A stretch of 64,000 nucleotides of DNA from the NCBI RefSeq assembly GCF_018350175.1, contig NC_058368.1, forward strand, positions 188,358,001 to 188,422,000, written 5' to 3'. Every line of letters begins with the position of its first letter. Within the stretch, counting starts at the first letter, position 1. Of the stretch, positions 36,390-48,984 are shown piece after piece. Source of the DNA: Felis catus. Its lineage: Eukaryota. The notes beneath the pieces were generated by a model. That model saw only the letters and a list, made by a program, of their open reading frames with translations. It had not been told where the DNA came from and did not search any database. The position numbers and the translations under genes are program-made.

Positions 36390-36645
36390 ATAGAGAGGCC
36401 TCTCCTGGTCCTCCAACTTAAAATAACTGCCTCCATCACTCTCTCTTCTCCCTGCATTATCTTTATTCATAGCACCCATCGCAAGCTGACACTTTACTCT
36501 GTGTTTGTTTACTTCTCGTAGTCGGCCTCCCCCACTGGAATGTAAATGCTCTATCTTCAGCACCAAGCAGTGCGTGACACCTAGAGAGATGTTTAATTAA
36601 TATTATGTGTTGAATGAGTGAGTGAATGAATGAATGAATGAATGA
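36390..36645 (+). mobile_element. L2 3' end with (TGAA)n tail
   Basis: CCCCCACTGGAATGTAAATGCT..GACACCTAG..TGTTGAATGAGTGAGTGAATGAATGAATG. Confidence 0.85.
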
Positions 36646-37882
36646 CACCGGTCTCCTGGAGTTTCCAGGAGCTGCCTACTCCTCACATTTACTGCTTTCC
36701 TGCCCAGCCCTGGAGGCTTTGGATTGCTCACCCCTCCTCTCCCTGCCCTGCTGGCTTAGCTCCCACTCCAGGGCTTGGGGGCTTCCATGCCGGCTCCTGG
36801 GGACTGAACTCAGGCTGCACTGGGCAGCAGAATTTGCCTGGACAGCCTCCCAGACCTGTCCGCAGAGTCACGGCCCTAAGAGGCCAAGGTCACCTGGGGG
36901 ACACCCGGCATCTCTCCTGTGCAACCACATGGCAAGCCTAAGGGTGAGGGTTATTCTTTCCTTCCTTCATGTGGCTTCCAAGAATTCAGCCACCAGGGTG
37001 ATTTTATTCAGGTCACCTTCCCCAGCTTTAGACACCAACACCCCCCCTTTTTTTGCTTAGCCTGGTAGACATAACCCCCCAGCCTTCATGATCTCTGATC
37101 CCCCAGCCCTCTATCCCCATCTTAAATTTCCTAACCAAGCTCATTCCTTTCCATATTTCTCTGTGGCCGCCATCCCCCAGCCCCGCAAACCTACTCAACC
37201 ATCTCTGGCACGCAGCCTGTCCTGCTTGTTATTCATATTCTTGAGAATAATGGATAATAAATAAGACCTTGCTTGCAAAGAGCTTTCACACCACCAACCC
37301 AGAGCCTCACACGAACCCTATGAGGTAAATGGTGACTCGCAGAGCTTAAGTGACTTGTCGATGATCAGCAGCTAGTTAGTGGCCGAGCCAAGTCGGGAAC
37401 CTATTTTAAGTGCCATTATTTATGTCTTATCAGGAGATTGTCATTGTAGAAAGGAAACGAGTGGAAATGACAGTCCAGGTTTTAATGTATGGCTTTATTA
37501 TATTTCAAGGGTAAGATTTATTCCCACTCCTTAGTATTGTAATTAAAGTAAATGGAATAAGATTTGGTTTTATATTTGCCTTTCAAACAACCTTTCAGAG
37601 ACACCTGCATTGCTCTGCAAAAGGAAAGCCATCTGTTCATGTATTCACTGTGTTAAACAACTACTCATTCACTCAGTCAACAATTCTGTATTTTATTTTC
37701 CCTGTGTGCCGGACCCTGGGCTTGACACAAGACAAGCACTGGTGAGCAGAGCAGGCCTGGCCTTTCCCTCATGCACTTTGAGTCTAGTGAAGTCAGGTAT
37801 TACACCAAGGTTCATGCCAAGAATGGAGGGTCAGAAATAGGGTAAGGGCCTTGAAGGAGGCACAGGAGCTCCGGCAACTTCT

Positions 37883-38111
37883 TTTTTTTTTTTTTAATTT
37901 TTTTTTCAACGTTTTTATTTATTTTTGGGACAGAGAGAGACAGAGCATGAATGGGGGAGGGGCAGAGAGAGAGGGAGACACAGAATCGGGAACAGGCTCC
38001 AGGCTCTGAGCCATCAGCCCAGAGCCTGACGCGGGGCTCGAACTCACGGACCGCGAGATCGTGACCTGGCTGAAGTCGGACACTTAACCGACTGTGCCAC
38101 CCAGGCGCTCC
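37883..38111 (-). mobile_element. young felid Can-SINE within a minus-strand L2
   Basis: Perfect 16-bp TSD AGCTCCGGCAACTTCT at 37867-37882 and 38113-38128; same diagnostic variants as 5976-6204. Confidence 0.97.
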
Positions 38112-38639
38112 TAGCTCCGGCAACTTCTAGCAAAGAAATTGACTCAGCCCAGGAGTTCAGGGAGGGCTTCCCAAGGGAGTGACCATTGGCCCGGGAGGAG
38201 AAAGATGAGAATTTAACACAGGGAAGAGGGAAGAGAAGGAATTTGTGGAAGAGGGAACAGCATGAGCAATGCCCTGTTGCTGGAGAGAGAACAGCACTCT
38301 CAGGAAACCATGAGGAGTTGGAGAAGTGACCTGGTGTGAGACAAGGTGGGGGGCCTGGACTACTCAGGCCTTGTGGGTCCAGGAAGCGGTCTTGGTCTCT
38401 TCCCAGAGAGCACAACAAACTGCTCAAAGCAGAGATTGATATAATCAGATTAGGTCTAATTCTGTGCTGAGCATTTGCAGTGGCACAGGGAGAAGAATGT
38501 CTGAAACTGCAAAGAACTTTCCATCACCTTCTTTAGCATTAATGAAGCCCCGTTCAAAATTAGGACATTGATTTTCTCAGAAATATAGGTACCACTCTTA
38601 AGCTGACAATATTAATAAAACCAATAATTATAATAATTA

Positions 38640-38840
38640 TAATAATAAGTACCTACTAGGCATTTGATGTTTTGTATATATGATTTCATGTAATCCATGC
38701 TTCACCATAATTTATAAGACAGGCATTATCTTTGCCCATCTACAGATGAAGAAAGTGAAGTTCAGAGGGGGTTAGCAACTTACCCAAGGTCACACAGCTA
38801 CTGGCAGATCCAGAGTCCAAACTTAGAAGACTGTCTAAAT
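38640..38840 (-). mobile_element. MIR
   Basis: CTACAGATGAAGAAAGTGAAGTTCAGAGGGGGTTAGCAACTTACCCAAGGTCACACAGCT. Confidence 0.85.
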
Positions 38841-38929
38841 AAATGGTGGCTCTGTCATCTCTATGCTCCATAATCTTGGGATCCTTACCCAGAAATTCAA
38901 GGGCAGCCACCATGATAGGTCTAAAGAGT

Positions 38930-39880
38930 TTGTCATCACTAGGGTATCAGGGTCAATAAAGGCCTACGCTTTGCCAAAGCCAATGGCCAAATCTCTCCTT
39001 ATCTTATTTGACCTTCAGCAGCAATGACCTGATGATCACCTCTCCTTCTTGAAACATGTTCTTCTTTTTTCAGTTTTAATTTTTTGAGACACAGAGAAAG
39101 AGAGAGTATGCACACGTGTGTGTGCACAGGGTAAGGACAGAGGACAAGGGAGAGAGAGAGAATCCCAAGCAGGCTCCACACCCATCACAGAATCCAGCTG
39201 AATCTCAGGACCAACTGGGAGACCATGACCTAAGCCGAAATCAAGAGTTGTACACTTAACCAACTGAAACATCCAAGCACCCCAAAACATGTTTTTCTTT
39301 AACCCTCACCTGGTTGTCCTCCTACCCACTGCTTTTTCCTGCTCAGTCTCCTCTGCTAGCTACCCCCCCCCATACACACACACACAGCTCACCCTTTAAT
39401 TGCTAGACTCTCTAAAGCTCCGCCCTTGGCCATTTTCTTATTTATAGTCCTTTACTTGACGATCTCATCGAGCCCAGGACTTTAAACTGCATCTATACAC
39501 TGATGACAACCAAATGTACACCTCTTCTCCCTACCTCTCCCCTGATGGTGTTTCCATTCAGTTATTGAATTGACCCTCCAGGTTAGTTTTCGATCTTCAC
39601 CCCCAAACCCTGCCCTGCCCTTGAGGTCCCCATCTTAGCAAATGACACTTCCTTGCGCTTTGTTGCTCAGATCAAAAATCTAGGTCTTATCTTTTGATTA
39701 ATATCTTTCTCACGTTTCACATCCAACCATCAACACACCTTCAATATACACCTTGAATCCAAGCATCCTGCACCACTTCTCCAACACCACCTTAGTCTGA
39801 GCTATCATTTTTTTCCCACCTGGATTATTGTGTCTACCTCCTCACTGGTCCTGCTGCTTCTGCCTTCGCTCCCCCACAGC
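38930..39880 (+). mobile_element. L2 LINE RT-region fragment
   Basis: From 39481 translates FKLHLYTDDNQMY (degenerate YADD); GCCAAAGCCAATGGCCAAATCTC..TTGACCTTCAGCAGCA. Confidence 0.8.
39068..39283 (-). mobile_element. Can-SINE (older) in L2
   Basis: TSD AAACATGTT(C/T)TTCTTT. Confidence 0.88.
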
Positions 39881-41808
39881 AGTCAGGGTGCAGGTGTTTA
39901 ATTTGCACACAGGGAGTCTGACCTGGATTCAAATGTCAGCTCAGCCCTGGGGCAGGACACTTAAACTCAGTTTCCCATCTTTCAACCAAGGCTTAGGTCA
40001 TAGCATTGTTTGAGTAGTCAGTGAGATGCTTAGCCTGGTTCCTGGTTCATAATGAGTGCTCAATAAATGGGAGTTCTTGTTACAGGCTCCTTGGATTTCC
40101 TCGAAGTTGGCCCCCAAAGTTGATGCTGATGCTGCTCAGTAAACCGGGTAACTCCTAATTCATCATGTGCCAGCTTCTTGGGGCTTCCCCAGGCTGTGAT
40201 GGGCACCGGGCACCTCTCCAGGCTCCACCACTTGGTGTGTGTTAACTATCAGGGATGTACACCAAGGCCTACAAGCAGAGTTTCAAAATGCAAAGTGACA
40301 TGGGGTTTGGACAGCAGTTTTCTTCACTCCCGGTGAAACCACTCCCCGAAACACCTATCCTCTAAGACCCAGAGGGAAGCCCTGACATTTGCATCCTCCA
40401 ACTCTGAGGCAAGATTTTGTTGTCACATCCTGGAAGAACCAAAGTCTTGGCCAAGAGAGGAGGTGGGTGTGGTGGGAAAAGAGCCATTGTGGGTGATGTT
40501 TGTGTCCTCCTATGGGATTTCCAAACTATGAAGACAAAAATTCTCATCCTTTTGAAAGCACCGGACCCAAACCTCACAGGCTGGGGCACTCTTGCCCTCT
40601 GGGGCCCATCTTTACCTTCTCTCATCTTGTCTCCCTCCTTCCTGGAAGGCGGGGCTCAGGCTGCAGGGTTTGAGGGCCAGCTCTGCTGCTCACTGGCCCG
40701 GGACAACCGTGAAATCTCCTTGAACCTCAGCTTCTCTACATACAAAATGGAAAATAAAAGTAGGAGCTGTGGCCATTGCAAAAATAAGAACCATTGTATC
40801 TGAAAACAGAGAGGCAGCATAGGATGGCAGTAAAGAGGATGGTCTCTAGGGTTGGAGTCCAGCTCTTCTGTGCACTGGCTGGCCCTCGCACAAGTTGCCT
40901 AATCTCTGTTTCATTTGTAAGATGAGGATGACAACTGTTCCTCCCCCAATGGCACGCTGGGGAACCAAAGGCATGAACACACATAAAGAGCCTTGAACAG
41001 TCTACAGTTAGAAAGTGCCCACACTTGCTATTATTTCCACCCACTTCCTATGGCCTTCCCGGGACTGACTGTGCATGGAGCCTGGGTCCCAAGAGAGGGA
41101 GGTCCCAATGTCAGATGGATGACAACCCTCTTACACGCTCCCTTACAAGAGGACTCACTGCAATTTTCTTGTTTCCCAGAAAGCTTTGCAATTGGCAGTG
41201 AACTAACCCCCCAAAAAGAGGCTCATGGGACCTCCATGGGACAAGTCTTCCCTCAGAGCTGTAAGGGAATATCCATAGGCAGGCACTGTCTGTATCATCT
41301 ACTCCTAACCCTCACCATTAGCATGCAAAGTGAACTGGTTCCAAACAGTGCCTGACCTCCCATCTCTGATGCATTCTCCACATGACAACCAGAATAGGCT
41401 TGCTAACATGCATTGTTCAGCAATGCCTTGACCTACCCCTGCTCCACAACCTGCCATGGCTCCTGAGGACCCCAGGAGAGAGTCCAAGCCCCTTACCTGG
41501 TCTTGAGGTTCTCACACAATCTACCTCCAGCCTGTCTCTGCTGTTCTCTTTCCATACAACGTGCCTTCCCCCTCCTCCTCCCCTCCACACACCATTGCCA
41601 CCCTGCAGTACTTAATAACCCCAAAGGGAAATTTCATACCTTTGTGCTTTTCCTCACTTGGTTTGCTCAGTCTGGGATGCCTTCTCACCTTTGGCAAGTG
41701 CCTACTGATGTCTCAGGACCCAGTTTAAATGCCAGGTCTTCTGGGAAGCCTGTCCTCACTTAGTAAGTTAACACCTTACTTGCACTTCATACAAACCTTT
41801 GTCAAAAC

Positions 41809-42024
41809 CACTGGCGTGCTGGTAAATACTTAACGACAACTCTCTGGGGAGGCAGGGTGGGAGGGGAGCCACGATTTGTAGTGCTTGCCAACTTCCATGG
41901 TGTAAATGCTCTCTCTCACCTGTTTTTGAATTTCAAGCTACCATGATTTAACACTCAGCTTGCGAATCTCCTAAAAATTTAACAATTGGCCCTGGTGAGC
42001 AAGTACAAGCTCCGGCACATCACA
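41809..42024. mobile_element. MER63-like hAT DNA transposon
   Basis: Degenerate TIRs CACTGGCGTGCTGG and CCGGCACATCAC; internal TTCCATGGTGTAAAT and ATTTCAAGCTACCA. Confidence 0.75.
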
Positions 42025-42169
42025 TTACGTGACTTTTTTTCCATGCTCCTTAGTGGATTCCTCATTCCCTTCAGATAATGTCCAAACTCATGGACATTAA
42101 CAGAGCTCATGGCCCTGAGAAAATCAGGGCTGGCTGGGCTGAGGACATGAAAGCAAACCAGCAAGCATA

Positions 42170-42790
42170 GAGACCCTGAGGCAGGAGTGGGCTTGCGGTG
42201 TTTAAGGCCAACGTAGCTAGAGCAGAATGGTGAGGATTTGGCTTTTACTCCGAGCCCACAAGAAGCCACTGGAGGGTCTGAGCAGAGCAGGGACACAATC
42301 TGACGTGTTTTAAGAGGATCACTGTTGGCAGCACCAATCAGGAGCCAGATGGCCACCCCAGCCCTGCCACTGACTAGATGGGTGACTTCAGTTAAGTACT
42401 GTCTTCCTGGGGCTGTTGTAAGAATCCAGGTGAGTTGAAATCTGTAAAGCACTCAGACTTGTGCCTGGCACCTAGGGAGCACCATTTAAGTATTTGCTTA
42501 AAAAAATAAAAACGATCTACAAACAAGCTAATCCCACCAAAGGATCATGCTGTGGAGTCAAGGATGGAAACAGGGAGACCAGGTAGGAGTTGAGATGCAG
42601 GTAGGAGATGCTGGCAACTTTGACCAGGGTCAGCAGAGGGGTGGAGCAGGTGAAGCCGGGACAACCCGCCAACAGTATTTCACGGCTGTTTGAGGAGAAC
42701 GGAGTCAACGATGATGCCAAGTTTTTTGGCTTCAGCAAAGGGAAAGCTGAGTTGCATTCATGGAGATGGGCTGGTCATCATGGAAACAGC
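42170..42790 (-). mobile_element. L2 fragment with a + strand MIR nested at about 42360-42500
   Basis: GAAGCCACTGGAGGGTCTGAGCAG..GACACAATCTGACGTGTTTTAAGAGGATCACT; GGAGTCAACGATGATGCCAAGTTTTTTGGCTT. Confidence 0.75.
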
Positions 42791-42849
42791 AGGTGTCAGG
42801 TAGAGTGTGGATGGACAGGGACATGAACACGCCCCTCTTGAAGTCATGA

Positions 42850-43060
42850 CCGCATTTTACATGCGTTTTCCAGGACTGTTCCACGTGGCCCCACCACAAC
42901 CTTTCAAGAGGGGTATTACTATCGCCACTTAGAGATAAGGAAACCGAGGTTCAGAGAGGTAGAGTAACCTCACCAAGGCCACATAGGGAGTAAGAAGGAG
43001 CAGGCTCAGGACCTGAACCGGGCAGCAGTGCTAGCTCATGTGCTAAGCATTTTCTCTTTG
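42850..43060 (-). mobile_element. MIR
   Basis: AGATAAGGAAACCGAGGTTCAGAGAGGTAGAGTAACCTCACCAAGGCCACA. Confidence 0.8.
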
Positions 43061-44413
43061 AAGACCATGGGAACCATACCTGCCAGATGCATGCACACCA
43101 CCAGGTGACATTACAAATGAATGGGTGTTAATCCATGCAGGAGTCAGGACTGCGGTATGAGTTTAGAGGACAGGAAACAATAGCAACGTAAGTGGTTTCT
43201 TACTGACCTCATTTCACTGAAGAGGAGGCTGAGCCTTAGAGAGAAAGAATGAGCTCTCCAACAATACGGCTAGAGAGAGGTGATGTTCTGAACTGAAGGG
43301 CACGGTGCCTGATCCCAGCACCTGGGTTCATGACCTGCAGGCCCACCACCTGACCTGAAGGGACAATGGACTAACACAAACACATAGAAGATCAGCACAC
43401 ATTCTTCAGCGGCAATGGAACAAGTGGTTTGGGGCCTCTCTGCGAGTTTCTGCTCTCCAGGAATCGGTAGAAGCCAAGGTCCCAAAGGACAAGAAGGGAT
43501 GGGTTCTCAGAAGGCACGGGTGGGGGCTATTCCCTGCCCCAGATGCTCACTCACCTGCTGGCTCATGGCCATGTCACAGGTACAGAAGGTGGGGGAGCCA
43601 GCCCACAAACAGCCCAGCCATCTGGTGAAGAAGATACATGACAAGATATGGCTGGATGTACTGGCAGAATGAGCCTAGATGCCCAGAAAATGTGGTAATA
43701 CGCCACACAGATGATAGGTTCCCCAGAACCCAGGAGAGCCAGGACGTCTGCTGTCTAGGGCTGCTCTGGGGCCTCAGCACAAAGGGGACCTGGTGAAGGG
43801 TCACTCTGTGGGGGAGGGGGAATCCCAGTCCCATTTTCCCTATGCTCTGTGGGAGTGGTTGAGAACCCAAGTGTCATTATCAAACAGACCTGGTTACAAA
43901 TCCAGCCCTGTAATCCCAGGGGTGTGACTTAGTCTATCTGAGCTTTAATTCCCCCCACCTATCAAATGGAGCTGATGGCGAGATGCATGTCATAGGGTCA
44001 TTAGAATTAAATGGCTCACTCTGTACAAAGTGTTGAGAATGATGCCAGGCACAGAATTTGCATCCAGTCAGTGATAGCTGCCATTGTGGCTGGAAATACT
44101 CTGACCCTTTTTATTTTCCAAATTCCACCACATATCCAGCCTCTCCATTTCTTGGCATGAAGCAGCCTCCGTTTTCTGTTTAAGCCTCAGAATAACTGAG
44201 GGATTTCCCGGAGAGACAAAGCAAGGTACAAGTGAGGTCTGACCTTGTGTTCACAGGGAACAGATGAGCAGGCAAAGGTGCGTGGGATTTGGTCATTTAT
44301 TCAATTATCCAACAACTCTATTGAGGGACCATTGTGTACTGGCCCTGTTCTGTCTCCTGGGACCCACAGTGAATAATACAGAGATGGCCCCTACCTTCAA
44401 AGACTTCACATTC

Positions 44414-44667
44414 TAGAGCAACGCCATCCAACAGAAATAGCATGTGAACGCCCACATGACTTTAGTTTTCTGGTGGCCACTTTTTTTTCTTAAAGGTACA
44501 ATAAACCTTAATGATATAGTTTGTATCCAAAACACAGTCACTTCAACATGCAGTCAATATTAAAAATTATTAATGGTATATTTTGCATTCTTTTTGTATT
44601 AGGTCTTCTAAACCTGGTATGTATTCTACACATACAGCACATGAGCTCAGACCAGCCACATTTCAGA
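44414..44667. mobile_element. MER33/MER3-like hAT-Charlie element
   Basis: GCCATCCAACAGAAATAGCATGTGA..TTTTCTGGTGGCCAC..TTCAACATGCAGTCAATATTAAAAATTATTAATG..ACCAGCCACATTTCA. Confidence 0.75.
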
Positions 44668-45134
44668 GCAGTTCTTGAGTTAAGTGTGGGAGAGTGCCAA
44701 CTGGATTGGATTAGAAAGACGGTGAGGGCTGTGGGGTTGGGGGAACCAAAGTGTTCAGCTCTGCACCCCGCCCCCTAGCACAGAGGGGGCACTGTGTCAG
44801 CCTTGGGTGAATGAATGCAGGGTGAACGAAAAGACCATACGCTTGGGGGTGCCAGGGTTTCAATGCCATTGACTGTGACATTAAGCGAGTTGCTTAAGTG
44901 CTCTGTGCCTCAAGTCCTTCTTTGGAAAATGGGCATATACAGGTTGTTCCTCACGGGGTTTTGTGAGGATTAAATGGGAGGATAGAGGAAGAGCACTCAG
45001 AGCAGCGCTCACCGCGTAGAATGTTCTCAGTAACTGTCCGCTCTGGCCAGCCTCCACACCGTGGGCCTCACCCTGCTTCACTCTTCAGGTTTGAGCCACA
45101 GTTATCTGTGCATCATGCCTCTGTTCAGCTCAAC

Positions 45135-45862
45135 CTTACATCTCGGGCTCCTGCAAAAAGCACCACGAACAGGTGGCTTAAAGCAACAGAAATGTATGCA
45201 CTTGCATCATTCTTCTGGAGGCTGCAAGTCCAAGATCAAGCAGTCTTCAGGACTTTGCTCTCTCTCTGTCTCTTAATGTTTATTAATTTTGAGAGACAGA
45301 CAGGCAGACAGACAGACAGAATGTGAGTGGGAAAGGGCAGAGAGAGAGGGAAACACAGAATCTGAAACAGGCTCTAGGCTCTGAGCTGTCAGCACAGAGC
45401 CTGACGTGGGGCTCAGACTCACAAACCATGAGATCATGACCTGAGCAGAAGTCAGATGCTCACTGACTGAGCCACTGAGGCACCCCAGGACTGCGCTCTC
45501 TCTAGAGCCTGGAGGGGAGAATCTGTTCTGTGCCTTTTTCTCTGTCTCTGCTGTTGTCAGCACTCCTGGTGCTCTTTGGCTCCTGGACGCCTCCCTGCCT
45601 CGTCACACGGCATCTCCCTGCCTGTCTAGGTCGGCACCTGCCATTCTTCTCTCGGTATGTGGCTGTCTCTATGCCTCTTCTTTTCTTCTAAGGACGACAG
45701 TCATATTGGGTTAAGGGCCACCCTTCTCCATTTTGACCTCCTCTTCATTTACATCTTGATGACATCTGCAAAGACCTTATTTCCCAATAGGGTCACATTC
45801 ACAGGTAACAGGGATTAGGATTTCAACACGTCTTTTGGGGGCACACAATGCAACCCATAACA
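45135..45862 (-). mobile_element. MaLR solo LTR (MLT1B/C-like) split by a SINE
   Basis: GGTGGCTTAAAGCAACAGAAAT..TTCTGGAGGCTGCAAGTCCAAGATCAAG..ACATCTGCAAAGACCTTATTTCC..CAACCCATAACA. Confidence 0.88.
45266..45486 (-). mobile_element. Can-SINE
   Basis: Reverse SINE; TSD AGGACT(TT/GC)GCTCTCTCT. Confidence 0.92.
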
Positions 45863-45939
45863 CAGGGTTATCGTGAGGATTAGACAATCTAGTGTGTGTA
45901 AACGCCCTGCTAGCTCCCCCGTGCTCCCCCCTCTAGGCT

Positions 45940-46365
45940 ACCTCAGATCTCCTCTGTCAGCACCCGGGCCACAGCGTTTGCCCCTACAGCTGCCACCAGT
46001 GACTTCTTGCACCTCTCAATACTCCCAGACATGGACTCAGATAAATTGCCAGCCACAGGGCATGCAACTTGAACTGGAAATGCATGAGAGTTAACTCTCC
46101 CTGGGGTGAGCTTGAGCCACTGGGGGATCAGAAATGGGAGAGAGCCAGAAAATACATTTCCTCTCCATCCCCTGACCCCCGACAGGACACTGCATCGACG
46201 ACCTTCCATGCAGCCTCTCTGGGGCTGTCTAGTGAGAGGCAGCAATCATCCAGGCTTGCTACAGAGCTGCGGCCGGTGCAATAATGCACTCCATCATATT
46301 ACTCTCCACTCTGCACACTCACTACCCTTTCCTTCATGCCTGCTTTCCCTAGGGTTACACTCTTC
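45940..46365 (+). mobile_element. ERVL LTR (LTR16C/D-like)
   Basis: GAGAGTTAACTCTCCCTGGGG..GGGAGAGAGCCAGAAAAT..AATAATGCAC..TGCTTTCCCTAGG resembles recalled LTR16 motifs. Confidence 0.55.
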
Positions 46366-46452
46366 CCTAGTATCAGCATATAATCCCTCAGATTTGCTCT
46401 TCTACACAACTCGGACTAAGATATTCAAGAGATGGCAGTTTTATTTGCCTGT

Positions 46453-46500
46453 CCAGACTCAGCCCAACTGATGTTACCAGACTCAGCCCACCTGATGTTA
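46453..46500. repeat. 24-bp tandem duplication
   Basis: CCAGACTCAGCCCA(A/C)CTGATGTTA twice, one mismatch. Confidence 0.95.
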
Positions 46501-47288
46501 CCTTTTCCAAAAGCCTCTGGTATGTCCTGCTTCTTACCCTGGTTCCTTCATGCTTTGATAGCACCCTAAACACTTACATCTGTGATAGCACTTACTATAT
46601 ATTACAGTTACTTGCATCCTTGCCTGTCTCCCCCACCAGACTGTGACTTTTTCCATGGACCACACTCTACTCATTATTGTATCTCCAGCACCCACCACTC
46701 AGATGTTTGATAACTGAAGTTTTGTGACTGAAGTAATTAGCATCTGCTGACATGATGCTATGGGGTTGGGGGGAGTCTATAAAATCTCTCCTGCTAGCTT
46801 CCCCCCCTTGCCCCTGAGAAAATGCCTCTTCTACCTTCTTACTGATGCTGGGAATTGACCCTTTTCCAAGGGTCAATCATCACAGCGAGATAAGATGTAA
46901 AACACAAATATCTCTGTTAGAGGAAACATAAGTCCTTATATTCTCACTAAAATGTAAATGACTGATAGGGTGGTTCTTTTCTGACAGAGGCAGGAAAGTC
47001 ATCAGGGGACACAGGGGCATTTTATCCCACATAGAGTCAGTATTATGCATATAGAAAAGAGCTTTGGGGCAATCAAAAGGGTGAAGAGTACCCCCGCCTC
47101 AAGTTAGCTCTGCCATTGATCTGCTATGGTGCCCAAAACTCCTGCTCCCGCATGGATCAAGTCTACCATGCAGTAAAGGAAATTTTCTCAGAAGCCAGAA
47201 GACCCAATTCTTTCACTAGCATTTCTGCTTGCTAGCTGTGTGATCTTGGGCAAAGCCCTTACCCTTTCAGTTCTTTTAAATATAAAAT

Positions 47289-47289
<1 letters not shown>

Positions 47290-47319
<30 letters not shown>

Positions 47320-47451
47320 AAGAAGAAGAAGAGAAAGAAGAAGAAGAAGAAGAAGAAGAAGAAGAAGAAGAAGAAGAAGAAGGGGGAGGAGAAGGAGGAG
47401 AGGAAGAAGAAGAAGGGGGAGGAAGAGGAGAAGAGGAAGGAGGAGGAAGGA
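47290..47451. repeat. (AAG)n microsatellite and polypurine tract
   Basis: (AAG)14-AGA-(AAG)16, then GGA/GAA-mixed; purines only for 162 bp. Confidence 0.97.
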
Positions 47452-48129
47452 TGGTGTTGATGGTGATGATACATTCTCTAGCTTCTTTACATGGCCCTTG
47501 GAAAAATCAAATAAGAAATGCATGTGAACCTGCTTTCCAATGTGGGAAGCAATTTACATATGTGAAGAATATACTATTTTTACATTTGTAATACAAACCG
47601 TCTTGACAGAAGGACCTTTTTTACAGAAATCTGGACCTCTCGGGGGGAAAGTCGACAAGCAAGCTCTCTCTGTGATTCCCAGCCACCCGTACTCATAGGT
47701 GTCATTCTGCCTTTAGGGCTTGGATGCCAGGAGCCCATCTGCCTCTCAGGCTAAGGGGAGCTATCGTCCTCCCAGGAGAGCTCTCGCCCACAATCTTGTC
47801 CCTACCCCCCCATTCCCCCCCCCACCCCTGCCAATCCGCAAGAGGAGGATGTGGCCTCCAGTCCTTTCTCCCAGAGTCACTCGGCTCCTTGCAAACGACT
47901 GCAATTCCATCTGAGTTGGAAGCTACTCAGAATTCAGTTCTTATCTCAGGTTTAACTCAAGGGGGTGTTTGCTATGGAAAGTTTAAATGAAGACATGAGA
48001 AATGAAAAGGACCACAGTGTGAAATCAGAAAAGCAAAACCCAACGCAGTGTCTTCTCCTGGGGTTGTTTCTGTTCTCTCTAGGAAACACCCCAAAATGTA
48101 GACCTCTCCTTTCTAACTCTGGATTTGTC

Positions 48130-48321
48130 CTCATGTATCCTCATTTCTGCCAAGTTCCATTAGTTGAGGTAGTTACAAAGGTCCGCGCAGGTTTGAGGGG
48201 AGAGAACGCTGACCCTGTTAACTTCAATGGAGATGTGTCACATAAAAATGTTCCATCAGAGAGCAGCACATAGGATGGGGTATACTTTGGTGTGGCCATC
48301 TTTGGGAAATACTATCTGTCA
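48130..48321 (-). mobile_element. MLT1 (G/H-like) LTR fragment
   Basis: TTCTGCCAAGTTCCATTAGTTGAGGTAGTTACAAAG..GTGGCCATCTTTGGGAAATACTATCTGTCACA. Confidence 0.65.
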
Positions 48322-48984
48322 CACTAGCTTTTTAATGAAGGGGGGAAAGCTCTCATTAAAAACTATTAAGTCAGGCTGAAAAAAATAAAATGTGAAGTAG
48401 TGAATTATTATAAGCATTAATATTACAAGGAAACAGTATGCTTACCAAAGCATCCCCTTAGAATATATTTTGATGGTAATGATAATAATGATGTTAAGTG
48501 CTTCTCAACCAATGGAGTGTCTCTGCATCGTGATCTCCTTTAATCCAGCAATGCTGGGAAGCAGGGGTATCCACTTTCCAGTTAGTTCACAGCAGCAAGT
48601 ACCTTGCCATGCATCACACACTGGTAACAGTTGTGGGGCTTGAACCCAGGGCTTCTGACTCAGATTGTCCTTTCCACATCTGACCAGCAGCCAGGTTGAG
48701 TGATATATAGCACCCATTTCAGACAGCTCAGAAGTTCATAAGAAACTTCTATCTAGTAATTGAGTTCCAGGCATGGCTTTGCTGTGGCTTAAGTCTGAGC
48801 AAATCACCGTCTTCTCTGAATCTCCCTCTGATCATCTGCAAATGCAGAGGATTGCACTCGTGGAAGTTAAACTTTTTCCTTTAAAAAGAAATCTTAAGCA
48901 GCCACACGTCCCAAGTGAAATCTTATGAGGACCCCCGCTTTATAAAATGTCTATTCAAAAACAGCTATTCTACCCACCAGAGCT

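Noticed and set aside
44768..44793. GCCCCCT-N6-AGGGGGC inverted repeat with two CTCF-like half matches
   Set aside because: Both orientations lack the 5' CC of the core motif; too weak to call
47188..47527. Poly-Arg, poly-Leu and poly-Phe ORFs
   Set aside because: They are translations of the (AAG)n microsatellite
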